DNA of 63,278 nucleotides, filler included, from Thermodesulfobacteriota bacterium (GTDB lineage Bacteria > DASVDK01): assembly GCA_036381125.1 (NCBI GenBank). It is 5 parts of 5 records of this genome, joined end to end, with 100 filler letters (N's around TTAATTAATTAA, not from the genome) between each part and the next. Parts side by side here need not be neighbours in the genome. Positions count along the whole stretch, not along the records: positions 1 to 20,105 come from DASVDK010000216.1; positions 20,206 to 32,311 come from DASVDK010000219.1; 3 more parts are not named here. One strand, written 5' to 3'. The first letter of the stretch is position 1. Each line of letters opens with the position of its first letter. The notes beneath the pieces are model-generated. The model ran no database searches. It saw only the letters and a list, made by a program, of their open reading frames with translations, and had not been told where the DNA came from. The position numbers were made by a program, and so were the translations under genes. Below, piece by piece: positions 15,841-25,045 of the stretch.

Positions 15841-16818
15841 TCAACGCCCGGGGCCGGCGTCGGCCGGCGGGTCGAAGCTCGTCAGGCAGATCCCCTCGAG
15901 GAGACCGCCGTCCACCACCGTAACGGCGTTTGCGCGGAGGCGGCCCATGACGGCGAGGAGGATCACGAGGCCGGGCACGATCAGGTCCTCGCGCCCCGGC
16001 TCGAGGCCCGGCAGCTCGAGGCGCCGCGCGGCCGGCATCGCCGCCACCTGGTCGAGGCGCGCTTCGAGCGAGGCGCGCGACATGCGGTGGCCGTCGATCC
16101 GCGCCCGGTCGTACGTGGCGAGCCCGAGATCCATCGCGGCAAACGTCGTGATGGCGCCGGCGGTCCCCACGAGCGGCCTCGAACGGCCGGCCTCGCCCGC
16201 CCTCGCGAGTACCGGGTCGAGCGACGCGGCAAGCGCCGCCTCCACGGCCGCCGCCATCGCGACCATCTCGTGCGTCGCCGGGGGATCGGCCGCGAGGAAG
16301 CGCTCGACCAGCCGGACCGTGCCGATCGGGATGGAGGGGCCCTCGGCGTGCCACGCGTCGCCGCGCCGCTCGGCGAGCAGCACCTCGGTGCTGCCGCCGC
16401 CGAGGTCGACGATCGCGAAGCGGTCCGGCACGCCGCCGGGCAACCGCTCGAGCGACCAGCGAATGCCGCGCAGCGCGAGCGCCGCCTCCTCCTCGCCCGG
16501 GATGATCTCGAGGTCGAGGCCGGCCGCCTCGCGCACGCGCGCGACGACGCGCCGGCCGTTGGGCGCCTCGCGGGCCGCCGAGGTGGCCACCGCCCGCAGG
16601 GCCACGGCCCCCGCCTCGCGCGCCTCCCGCGCGAAGTCGGCGACCGCGGCCACGGTGCGCTCGATGGCGTCCTCGGCCAGCCCGGCCGGCGTGGCGCCGC
16701 CTCCGAGCCGGGTGATGCGCAGGGCGTAGCGGAGCGGGTCGAGGCGGCCGCCCGGACCGAGGCGGGCCACCAGCAGGCGGACGGTGTTGGTGCCGACGTC
16801 CAGGGCGGCGACGATCAT
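15841..16818 (-). CDS. ppx: Ppx/GppA family phosphatase
   Basis: DVGTNTVRL, ATSAAREAPN, DLGGGSTE, GREDLI. Confidence 0.88.
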   Translation of the reverse strand: MIVAALDVGTNTVRLLVARLGPGGRLDPLRYALRITRLGGGATPAGLAEDAIERTVAAVADFAREAREAGAVALRAVATSAAREAPNGRRVVARVREAAGLDLEIIPGEEEAALALRGIRWSLERLPGGVPDRFAIVDLGGGSTEVLLAERRGDAWHAEGPSIPIGTVRLVERFLAADPPATHEMVAMAAAVEAALAASLDPVLARAGEAGRSRPLVGTAGAITTFAAMDLGLATYDRARIDGHRMSRASLEARLDQVAAMPAARRLELPGLEPGREDLIVPGLVILLAVMGRLRANAVTVVDGGLLEGICLTSFDPPADAGPGR

Positions 16819-16840
16819 CCGCGGCGGCCCGCGGCGGCCT

Positions 16841-17314
16841 TCACGACGCCTGCGGCGGGGGCGCGGCCCTCACGATCTCGCGGAAGGCGTCGTGCTGTTC
16901 GCGGAGGCGGCCGACGAACGCGCGGCCGATGGCGAGGACGAGCTTGAGGACGGCCCTCGGCTCCTTCTCGGCGAGCGCCATCACGTCGCTCCGCTTGATG
17001 ATCAGCACCTCCGACGGCTCGGCGATGCGCGCCGTGGTGCCGCGCGGGCCGCCGTCGAAGAGGGCCATCTCGCCGAAGATCTCGTTCGGGCCGAGCGTCA
17101 GGAGGAGCTTCTCGCCGCCCGAATCGAGCTTCTTGGAGATCTTGACCCGCCCCATCTTCACGATGAACATCGACTCGCCCGGCATGTTCTCGAGGAAGAC
17201 GGTCGTCCCCTCCGGGAGCCGCTTCTCGTCGGCCACGGCGGCGATGACCGCCAGCTCGGCGTCCGACAGGTCGGCGAAGAGGGGATGGTCGCGAAGGGTC
17301 TTGACGCGAGCCAT
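16841..17314 (-). CDS. Cyclic nucleotide-binding domain protein (no HTH)
   Basis: FGEMALFDGGPRGTTA cNMP signature. Confidence 0.85.
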   Translation of the reverse strand: MARVKTLRDHPLFADLSDAELAVIAAVADEKRLPEGTTVFLENMPGESMFIVKMGRVKISKKLDSGGEKLLLTLGPNEIFGEMALFDGGPRGTTARIAEPSEVLIIKRSDVMALAEKEPRAVLKLVLAIGRAFVGRLREQHDAFREIVRAAPPPQAS

Positions 17315-17847
17315 TATCGGGCCCCCAGCGCGGCGCGCGCCGCTCGATACTTGCGGGCCAGCTCGAGGTAGTTCCGGTTGCCCCTGACGACGCGCTGCCG
17401 CTCGGCCTCGCTGACCTCGCGCCGCACGCGGGCCGGCGTGCCCATGACGAGCATGCCCGGCGGGACCACCGCCCCCTCGGGCACGAGCGACCCGGCCGCC
17501 ACGATCGCCCCCTCGCCCACCGTGGCGCCCGTCAACACCATGGCGCCGATGCCGATCAGCGCCCCGTCCCCGACGGTGCAGGCGTGCAGGACGGCGCCGT
17601 GGCCGACGGTGACGTCGGCGCCGATGGTGAGGCTCCGGTCGGGCTCCACGTGCAGGATCGAGTTGTCCTGCACGTTCGTGCGGGGGCCGATCACGATGGC
17701 GCTCTCGCCGTAGTCGGCCCGGGCGGCCACGAAGAACCAGAGGCTCGCGTCCTCGCCGATGGTGACGTTGCCCGCGACTTCGGCCGTCGGATCGATGTAC
17801 GCGGACGCGGCCACCTTCGGAGCGCGGCCGTCCAGAGCGAGCAGCAT
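17314..17847 (-). CDS. Gamma carbonic anhydrase family (YrdA/PaaY-like)
   Basis: Hexapeptide repeats, TNVQDNSILH, VTVGHGAVLH. Confidence 0.9.
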   Translation of the reverse strand: MLLALDGRAPKVAASAYIDPTAEVAGNVTIGEDASLWFFVAARADYGESAIVIGPRTNVQDNSILHVEPDRSLTIGADVTVGHGAVLHACTVGDGALIGIGAMVLTGATVGEGAIVAAGSLVPEGAVVPPGMLVMGTPARVRREVSEAERQRVVRGNRNYLELARKYRAARAALGAR

Positions 17848-17930
17848 GAGGTCTCCCGGTCGTGAGCGACGGTGCCAGCTATATGATACTTATAGGCCGT
17901 ACGCCGCATTCGCGCAACGACGGAGGTCCC

Positions 17931-18584
17931 GTGCGTCCCCTCGCCGTGTGGCTCCTGGGTGGGCTCGCCTTCGTGGTCGTCGCCGGCGCCCCGCGCGACG
18001 CCGCGGCGACCTTCCCGGTCCTCCTGTCGGCCAGGTCCCTCTCGCCCGGCGCGACGGAGGGGTTCCTGGCCGGCGGGTACGGCAACACCGCGCCCGACTA
18101 CTGGACCGCGCTCGCCGGCGCCCGCCACGGGCTCCTGCGGCGCATCGAGGTCGGCGCCCGCGCCGGCGCCGCCTGGGTGGAGGCGCCGGACGACACCGAC
18201 CTCGCCCCCGTCGTGGGCGCCGACGTCAAGGTCGAGGTCCTCCGCGAGTCGATCGACATCCCGATCGACCTCGCGATCGACGCGAGCTGGACCGTGGCGC
18301 GGCCCGGCGGGGACACCTGGAGCGATCTCGCCTTCACGGCGCTGTTCGGCAAGCGGGTCCGGATCGAATGGCTCGACGACCTGATCGGCCCCGATCGCCT
18401 CGCGACCGTCGTCGGCGCCCAGCTCGTCTTCCTCGGCGGCACCGCGCGGCCGGGGCGCGAGGACAGCGCCGCCTACGGCCTGGTCGGCCTCGAGATCGCG
18501 CTGCCGGCGGGCCTCGCCGTCCTGCCCGAGGCCAAGGTCGGCACCGACGCCGTCTTCGGCCTGAGCCTCCGCTACCAGTTCTAG
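17931..18584 (+). CDS. Putative outer-membrane beta-barrel protein
   Basis: Signal peptide, amphipathic beta pattern, C-terminal LRYQF. Confidence 0.6.
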   Translation: MRPLAVWLLGGLAFVVVAGAPRDAAATFPVLLSARSLSPGATEGFLAGGYGNTAPDYWTALAGARHGLLRRIEVGARAGAAWVEAPDDTDLAPVVGADVKVEVLRESIDIPIDLAIDASWTVARPGGDTWSDLAFTALFGKRVRIEWLDDLIGPDRLATVVGAQLVFLGGTARPGREDSAAYGLVGLEIALPAGLAVLPEAKVGTDAVFGLSLRYQF

Positions 18585-18798
18585 AGCAGTCTGGGGTCAG
18601 GTCTTTCCGTTTTCCACGCCCCTCGGCCCGGTCCCGCGCCTCGCCGCGTCCGCCAGCCGGCCGCCCCGGCGGGTCCTCGTGAGCGGCCCCTGTCGCCGAC
18701 CCGGGCGGCCGTGACGATCCGGCGGCGCGGCTCGCGGCCCCTCGGCCCCCGAGCCCGACATCGCATCTGGAGCAGGTCGAGGCCCGACCCAGGGGGCG

Positions 18799-20007
18799 CT
18801 ACCCGAGCCTCCGCAGCGAGAAGCCGGCCTCGGCGATGCGGCGGACGATCTCGACCGCGTGCGCATCGCCGCGCGTCTCGACGTCCATCCGGATGCGGGT
18901 CCACGCGACCGGCAGGTCGAGCGACCCACGGTCGTGGAGGACGTGGAGGATGTTGCCGCCCGCCTCGCCGACCAGCGTCGAGATGCGCGCGAGTTGACCG
19001 GGACGGTCCGGGAGGTCGACGGTGAAGCGGATGAGGCGCCCGGCGCGGATGAGGCCCCGCTCGATGATCCGCGAGATCAGCGTCACGTCGATGTTGCCGC
19101 CCGACAGGACGAGCACCGTGGGCCCGTCGGCCGCCGGGACGCGGCCGGCGAGGAGCGCGGCGAGCGGCACCGCGCCGGCCCCCTCGGCGATGAGCTTCAC
19201 CTTCTCCATGAGGAGGAGGATCGCCTCGGCGATCTCCTCCTCCTCGACGGTGACGATGTCGTCGACGTAGCGCTCGAGGAGCGGGAAGGTCCGCTCCCCG
19301 ACGCACTTCAGCGCGATGCCGTCGGCGATGGTGCCGATCCGGTCGAGCCGAACCGGACGGCCCGAGCGCCGGGCGGCGAGGGCCGCGGCGGCGCCGGCCG
19401 CCTGCACGCCGATCACCTTCACGCCGGGCAGCCGTGACTTGAGCGCCAGCGCGCTCCCCGCGCAGAGGCCGCCGCCGCCGATGGGGATCACCACCACGGC
19501 CGCCTCGGGGCACTGCTCGGCCACCTCGAGGCCGACGGTCCCCTGGCCGGCAATCACGTCGTCGTCGTCGAACGCCGGCACGTAGGTCGCGCCGGTCTCG
19601 GCCGTGAGCGCGGCCGCCCGCGCGTGGGCGTCGTCGTACGTCGCCCCGGCGAGGACCACGCGCGCGCCGAGCGCCCGGGTGGCCTCCACCTTGGTGATGG
19701 AGGTCAGCTCCGGCATCACGATCGTGACGGGCACGCCGAGGCTCCTCGCGGCGAAGGCGAGCCCCTGCGCGTGATTGCCCGCCGAGGCCGCGACGACGCC
19801 TCGGGCGCGGACCTCGGGCGCCATGGTGGCGAGCCGGTTCACGGCCCCCCGGATCTTGAACGAGCCGGTCCGCTGGAGGTTCTCCGCCTTGAGCCGGACG
19901 TCCCGGCCCACGAGCGCCGACAGCGCCCGCGAGGCGAGGAGCTGCGTCACCTCGGCGGCGTCGGCGATCCGCAGGCGCGCCGCCTCGATCTCCGCGAGGC
20001 CGATCAT
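18799..20007 (-). CDS. ilvA: Threonine ammonia-lyase with C-terminal ACT domain
   Basis: ENLQRTGSFKIRGA, SAGNHAQG, IGGGGL, SGGNID, PDRPGQL. Confidence 0.93.
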   Translation of the reverse strand: MIGLAEIEAARLRIADAAEVTQLLASRALSALVGRDVRLKAENLQRTGSFKIRGAVNRLATMAPEVRARGVVAASAGNHAQGLAFAARSLGVPVTIVMPELTSITKVEATRALGARVVLAGATYDDAHARAAALTAETGATYVPAFDDDDVIAGQGTVGLEVAEQCPEAAVVVIPIGGGGLCAGSALALKSRLPGVKVIGVQAAGAAAALAARRSGRPVRLDRIGTIADGIALKCVGERTFPLLERYVDDIVTVEEEEIAEAILLLMEKVKLIAEGAGAVPLAALLAGRVPAADGPTVLVLSGGNIDVTLISRIIERGLIRAGRLIRFTVDLPDRPGQLARISTLVGEAGGNILHVLHDRGSLDLPVAWTRIRMDVETRGDAHAVEIVRRIAEAGFSLRRLG

Positions 20008-20105
20008 CGGCCCGCCTCCGACGGCTCGCGCGCCGCCCGGCTCGCGTCGCGGCTGCGCGCCCGGAAGACGACCCGCACCGGCGTCCCCGTAAGGTCGAAC
20101 GCCTC
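20004..20105 (-). CDS. der: C-terminal tail of ribosome biogenesis GTPase Der (truncated by contig end)
   Basis: EAFDLTGTPVRVVFR resembles the Der KH-like C-terminus; stop overlaps the ilvA ATG. Confidence 0.6.
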   Translation of the reverse strand, partial: EAFDLTGTPVRVVFRARSRDASRAAREPSEAGR

Positions 20106-20205
20106 NNNNNNNNNNNNNNNNNNNNNNNNNNNNNNNNNNNNNNNNNNNNTTAATTAATTAANNNNNNNNNNNNNNNNNNNNNNNNNNNNNNNNNNNNNNN
20201 NNNNN
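20106..20205. other. Artificial contig linker
   Basis: N-run with TTAATTAATTAA (stops in all six frames). Confidence 0.97.
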
Positions 20206-20376
20206 CGCGGCGTCGCCGAGGTCGACGACCGGCTCGCCCGGCTCGGCCGCGAGCCCGCCGTCGCCCGGCGCCCGGCGGCGCGGGCCGACCGCGGCGATCC
20301 GCTCGCCCTCGACCCTGACCGCGCCGGCCTCGATGGGGTCGCCCGAGACCGGCACGACCCACCGGGCGAGGATCAG
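20206..20376 (-). CDS. Amidohydrolase (MTA/SAH deaminase-like), N-terminal fragment
   Basis: LILARWVVPVSGDPIEAGAVRVEGERIAAVG...VVDLGDAA; truncated by linker. Confidence 0.7.
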
Positions 20377-21209
20377 CGTACGAGTTCTCCGTAGACCTCC
20401 CCCGCGCGGCGGTCGCGGAAGAAGGCCCACTGCTCCCGCGCGGCGTCGACGGCCCTGAGGTCGAGGTTCACGAGGACCACGCCGTCCTTGTCCCCGGCCG
20501 GTTCGGCCGCGAACTCGCCATGCGGGTTCACGCAGAACGTGCGGCCGTAGAACCGCATCGGGCCGTCGTCGCCCACGCGGTTGACGCGCAGGACGTAGTA
20601 GCCGTTCGCGATGGCGTTGGCCGCGATGGCGGTCTCCCACTTGTTGTGGGCCGCGAAGGTCGCTCCGGCCGTGGGGGCCACGACGATCTGCGCCCCCTTG
20701 AGGCCGAGGATCCGCGCCCCTTCGGGATAGAAGTTGTCCCAGCAGATCTGCACGCCGAGCTTGCCGACGGCCGTGTCGAACACCGGGAACCCCGCGTCCG
20801 ACGGGCGGAAGTAGTGGCGCTCCTCGTAGAGCGGCGGGATCTGCGGGATGTGGTTCTTGCGGTAGACGCCGACCAGGCGGCCGTCGGCGTCGATCACCGC
20901 GGCGGCGTTGTAGTAGCCGACCTCCTGTCCCTCGACGGCCGTCTCGAAGAACGGGAAGACGACCACCGCCTCGGCCCGCCGGGCCGCCTCCTGCATGGCC
21001 GTGACCGCCGGCCCGTGGACCGGCTCGGCCAGCAGAAAGGGCTCGGGCCCCACGGTGCGCGGGAACCACGGGTAGATCGACAGCTCGGGGAATGCGACCA
21101 GGCGCGCCCCCTTCTCCGCCGCCAGCGCGAGGAGGCGGACCGCCTTCTCGAGGTTCTGGCGCGGGTCGGGCCCGACGGCGAACTGGACGCCAGCGACGCG
21201 GATCTGCAC
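20373..21209 (-). CDS. Carbon-nitrogen hydrolase (nitrilase superfamily)
   Basis: E-K-C triad motifs FPEL, YRKNHIP, QICWD. Confidence 0.92.
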   Translation of the reverse strand: MQIRVAGVQFAVGPDPRQNLEKAVRLLALAAEKGARLVAFPELSIYPWFPRTVGPEPFLLAEPVHGPAVTAMQEAARRAEAVVVFPFFETAVEGQEVGYYNAAAVIDADGRLVGVYRKNHIPQIPPLYEERHYFRPSDAGFPVFDTAVGKLGVQICWDNFYPEGARILGLKGAQIVVAPTAGATFAAHNKWETAIAANAIANGYYVLRVNRVGDDGPMRFYGRTFCVNPHGEFAAEPAGDKDGVVLVNLDLRAVDAAREQWAFFRDRRAGEVYGELVR

Positions 21210-21219
21210 CGGCGTCGCG

Positions 21220-21522
21220 TCAGGCGGTGCGGCGCATGCGCCGCTTGAGGCGCTTCACCCTGCGGCGGAGGATGTCGACCCGCTTGCGGTCTCCCGACTG
21301 ACGGGCCTCCTCGCGCCTCGCCTTCAGCTCGCGCACCTTCGCCTTGAGCTCGCGGGTCGAGGCCGAGGGCTTCTTCCCCTCCTCCTTGATGCCGTAGTGC
21401 TGCTTGAGGACCTTGATCAGCTCTTCCTTGTTCATGCCGTGCACGCCGGTGAGGCCCTCGATCTTGAGCGCCTCCTCCTTGAGCTTCGGCGTGGGGAGCT
21501 TCTCGATCTCCTTGCCGGTCAC
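21220..21522 (-). CDS. Small basic protein with Rho N-terminal (HeH)-like domain
   Basis: KLKEEA...GVHGMNKEELI, Arg/Lys-rich coil; AAGGAGG RBS. Confidence 0.7.
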   Translation of the reverse strand: MTGKEIEKLPTPKLKEEALKIEGLTGVHGMNKEELIKVLKQHYGIKEEGKKPSASTRELKAKVRELKARREEARQSGDRKRVDILRRRVKRLKRRMRRTA

Positions 21523-21713
21523 TGGGCTCGTTCCTCCTTGACGCTCGCGCGACTCGTCCGCCGCGTGCGCGGCATCCTAGCGTGTCGCCGGAATCACTGT
21601 CAAAAGGCCCTTTCCGGCGCGGGCCGCCGGGCCCGAACCGCGTCGCCCGTCCCGGCGGCGTCGCCGGAGGCGCCGGCAGGCCGAGCCGGACGCGCAAGGG
21701 GGAGGCGAACCGG

Positions 21714-22217
21714 TCAACCATTCAGGTAGACGATCGCCGCTCGCGGCTCGGGCCCGGAGAGGTCGAGCGTCGCCACGGACCGGGGCAACGTGAAGCGCTT
21801 GCGGCCGCCGCCCCCCGGGTTCACGAAGAGGACGGCGCCGTCGCGGCGGACCAGCGCGCGGTGGCTGTGCCCGAAGACCACGACGTCGATCCGATCGGTC
21901 TCGAGGCGGGCACGGAAGTCGGGCGCGAGTCGCCCCGGGTCGGTCTCGCGGCCGCGGCGGCCGGGGAAGGCGTGGAGCAGGAGGATGCGCCGGCCCGCGA
22001 CCTCGACGACCCGCTCGTCCGGCAGGCTCCCGGGCGGGTCGACGTTGCCGCGGACCGCCTCGACGGGGGCCACCCGGCCGAGCTGGTCGAGCACCGTGCC
22101 GCCGCCGACGTCCCCGGCGTGGAGGATCCGGTCGACGCCGGCCAGGGCGGCCGCGGCGTCGGGGTGCAGGACGCCGTGCGTATCGGCGACGAGCCCGATG
22201 CGCACGGCGCCGGCCAC
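21714..22217 (-). CDS. Metallophosphoesterase (YfcE family)
   Basis: ADTH, HAGD, RGNVD, GHSH, NPG motifs. Confidence 0.9.
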   Translation of the reverse strand: MAGAVRIGLVADTHGVLHPDAAAALAGVDRILHAGDVGGGTVLDQLGRVAPVEAVRGNVDPPGSLPDERVVEVAGRRILLLHAFPGRRGRETDPGRLAPDFRARLETDRIDVVVFGHSHRALVRRDGAVLFVNPGGGGRKRFTLPRSVATLDLSGPEPRAAIVYLNG

Positions 22218-22221
22218 GCGT

Positions 22222-23709
22222 CTACTGACGCTCGATGGGGAGGTAGAAGGCGCCGTCGTCGCGCTTGACGAGGACGAGGACCGGCTGCGCCCCCTGCGCG
22301 GCCGAGAGCGCGGCCTCGACGTCCGCGACCGTGGCCACCCGGCGCCGGTTCACCTCCTGGATGACGTCGCCTTCCTGGATGCCGGCCCGGGCCGCCGGGC
22401 TGTCCTGGTCGACGTCGGTGACGACGACGCCCGACTCCTCGTCGATCTCGAGCTGGCGCGCCAGCTCGGGGGTGAGTTCCTGGAGCGCCATGCCGAGCGG
22501 CCGCGACGAGGGCTCCTCCTCGACGCTGGCCTGCTGGGTCTCGTTCGGCATCTCGCCGAGCGTGATCGGCAGCTCGACGCGCTGCCCGTCGCGGATCACG
22601 GTGACCTTCGCCTCGGAGCCGATCGGCGCGGCGGCGACGCGGCGGGTGAGGTCGGTGACCTCCTTGATCTCGTCGCCGTTGAACGACACGACCACGTCAC
22701 CCCGCTTGAGGCCGCCCTTCTCGGCGGGGCTCCCCTTCATGACGTCGGCGACCAGGGCCCCCCGGTCCTCGGGGACGTTGAAGCCCCGGGCGAGCTCCGG
22801 CGTGAGGCGCTGGATCACGATGCCGAGCCAGCCGCGCGACACCGAGCCCTTGTCCCTGAGCTGCGGCAGGAGGCTCTTGGCGATGTTGATGGGGATGGCG
22901 AAGCCGACCCCCTGGCCCTGCGCCACGATCGCCGTGCTGATCCCGACGACCTCGCCGCGCATGTTGACGAGCGGCCCGCCCGAGTTGCCCGGGTTGATGG
23001 ACGCGTCGGTCTGGAGGAACTCGTCGTACGGCCCGGCGCCGATCACGCGGCCCTTGGCGCTGATGATGCCCGCCGTCACCGAGTGGTCGAGCCCGAACGG
23101 GTTGCCGACGGCGAGCACCCACTCGCCCACCTCGAGCCGGTCCGAGTCGCCGAAGGTGACCGCCGGCAGCTTCGTGTCCGGCACGTCGATCTTGATGAGC
23201 GCCAGGTCGGTCTTCGGGTCGCGCCCGATGATCCTGGCCGTGAACTCGCGCTCGTCGCGGAGGCGGACCTTCACCTCCTCGGCATCCTCGACGACGTGGT
23301 TGTTCGTGAGGATGTAACCGTCCTCACTCACGATGAAGCCGGAGCCGAGCCCCTGGCGGGGGATCGGCGACCGCGGCGTCCTCGGGACGCCGAACGGGTT
23401 CGGGCCCGGGCCGAACGGGAAGGGCGGCGTCTGCCGGCCGGGACGCGTCTCGGGCGTCTTGCTCCGCACCTGCACGTTCACGACCGAGTTCTCGATGGCC
23501 CTGGCGAGCGAGACGAACGACGGCACGGTCTGCACGGCGCCGCCCTGCGGGACCGAGCCGCGGCCGGCAGGCTGCGCGGGCGTCTTCGCGCCCGACTGCT
23601 CCGCAGGGGGCTGCGCCCCCTCGGCGGCCCACGCGTCGAGCGGGGCCGAAAGCGTCGCGGCGAGGATGGCCGCCGCGATGCGGATCCGGGCGCGAGGAGC
23701 GGGTGACAT
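22222..23709 (-). CDS. degQ: HtrA/DegQ serine protease with two PDZ domains
   Basis: GSGFIV, TNNHVV, DPKTDLALIK, INPGNSGG. Confidence 0.92.
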   Translation of the reverse strand: MSPAPRARIRIAAAILAATLSAPLDAWAAEGAQPPAEQSGAKTPAQPAGRGSVPQGGAVQTVPSFVSLARAIENSVVNVQVRSKTPETRPGRQTPPFPFGPGPNPFGVPRTPRSPIPRQGLGSGFIVSEDGYILTNNHVVEDAEEVKVRLRDEREFTARIIGRDPKTDLALIKIDVPDTKLPAVTFGDSDRLEVGEWVLAVGNPFGLDHSVTAGIISAKGRVIGAGPYDEFLQTDASINPGNSGGPLVNMRGEVVGISTAIVAQGQGVGFAIPINIAKSLLPQLRDKGSVSRGWLGIVIQRLTPELARGFNVPEDRGALVADVMKGSPAEKGGLKRGDVVVSFNGDEIKEVTDLTRRVAAAPIGSEAKVTVIRDGQRVELPITLGEMPNETQQASVEEEPSSRPLGMALQELTPELARQLEIDEESGVVVTDVDQDSPAARAGIQEGDVIQEVNRRRVATVADVEAALSAAQGAQPVLVLVKRDDGAFYLPIERQ

Positions 23710-23741
23710 GGAACTTCCTCCGGACGAGAAGCGATCCCGGA

Positions 23742-24731
23742 TTATACCGCCCCCTTCTCGAGCCAATGGACGGGCCGGCCCTCCCGCCAGGCGAGGACGT
23801 TCTCCGCCGCGCCTGCGAAGAAGCGCTCGTACGTCTCGTAGGTCGGCCACCCGATGTGCGGCGTGAGCACCACGTTCTCGAGGGTGGCAAGCGGGCTGCC
23901 GGCGGGCAGCGGCTCGGTCGAGAAGACGTCCAGTCCAGCCCCGCCGAGCCTCCCCTCGCGCAGCGCGGCGACGAGCGCCGCCTCGTCGACGATGGGCCCC
24001 CTTGCCGTGTTGATGAGGATGGCGGTCGGCTTCATGAGCCCGATCTCCCGCGCGCCCACCATGCCGCGCGACAGGTTCGACAGCCGCAGGTGGATCGAGA
24101 GGATGTCGCTGCGGCGGAAGAGGTCGTCCTTCTCCACGTACTCGACCCCGGCGGCCGCGGCACGCTGCGGCGTGAGCGTGGGGCCCCAGGCGATCGGCTC
24201 GAGGCCGAACGCCCGGCCGACGCGGGCGACCGCCTGGCCGATGGCGCCGAGGCCGAGGATGCCGAGCGTCGAGCCGGCCATCTCCCGCCCGATGAACCGG
24301 GGCCACCGGCCCGCCCGCAGCTCGGCGTCGAGGCGGGGGATGCGGCGGGCCACGGCGAAGAGCAGCCCGAAGACCAGCTCGAGCACCGACTGGAGCGAGC
24401 CCTGCTCGTGCGTCGTGGTCGCCACTCGAACCCCGCGGCGGCGGCAGGCGTCGAGGTCGATGTGGTTCACGCCGGTGCCGGTCTGCGAGATCATCCGCAG
24501 ATCCGGCAGGCGGGCGAGCAGCGCGTCGTCGAACCGCGTCCGCTCGCGGATGGGGATCACCACCGGCACGCCCGCGAGCCGGGCCGCGAGCTCGGGCGGT
24601 TCGAGGTGCTCCTCGATCACGTCCACCTCGACGCCCGGCGCCTGCCGAAGGCGCGCGATCGCCGGCGACCGCGCCGCCAGCCTGTCGAGATCGTCGAGGA
24701 TCGCCACTCTCAGAGGTTGCGTCGGCGGCAT
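23742..24731 (-). CDS. D-2-hydroxyacid dehydrogenase family protein
   Basis: GLGAIG, INTARG, LDVF..EP, TPHIG. Confidence 0.9.
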   Translation of the reverse strand: MPPTQPLRVAILDDLDRLAARSPAIARLRQAPGVEVDVIEEHLEPPELAARLAGVPVVIPIRERTRFDDALLARLPDLRMISQTGTGVNHIDLDACRRRGVRVATTTHEQGSLQSVLELVFGLLFAVARRIPRLDAELRAGRWPRFIGREMAGSTLGILGLGAIGQAVARVGRAFGLEPIAWGPTLTPQRAAAAGVEYVEKDDLFRRSDILSIHLRLSNLSRGMVGAREIGLMKPTAILINTARGPIVDEAALVAALREGRLGGAGLDVFSTEPLPAGSPLATLENVVLTPHIGWPTYETYERFFAGAAENVLAWREGRPVHWLEKGAV

Positions 24732-24863
24732 AGTTCCTCCATCGGGACTATCCATCGGGACCAGGGGTGCACGGGAGCGTACCGCATCCCCCGTGCCGGG
24801 GTTACCGGCGTCGCGCTCGACGACCGTGCCGCGGCCGGGCGAGCGCTCGAGCCCGGGGATCCC

Positions 24864-24940
24864 GTCGGCATCGGCGCCCCCTCGCGCGGGACCTCGTCGA
24901 GCGGAGCTTGCCCGATCTCGAGGCCGCGGTCCAGTCGCTT
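24864..24940 (+). pseudogene. Possible relic of a HepT/DUF86 RNase C-terminus
   Basis: VGI.. then (shifted frame) RDLVERSLPDLEAAVQSL, like the HEPN terminal helix. Confidence 0.25.
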
Positions 24941-25045
24941 CCTCGCAGCCAGGCCGCACCGCCCGGCCTGTTCCGGTCCATGGGCGAGCCGACCCGAACG
25001 GCGGCTTTGCCCGCCGGACTCCGCGGCGCGAGATAGACTGCTCGT

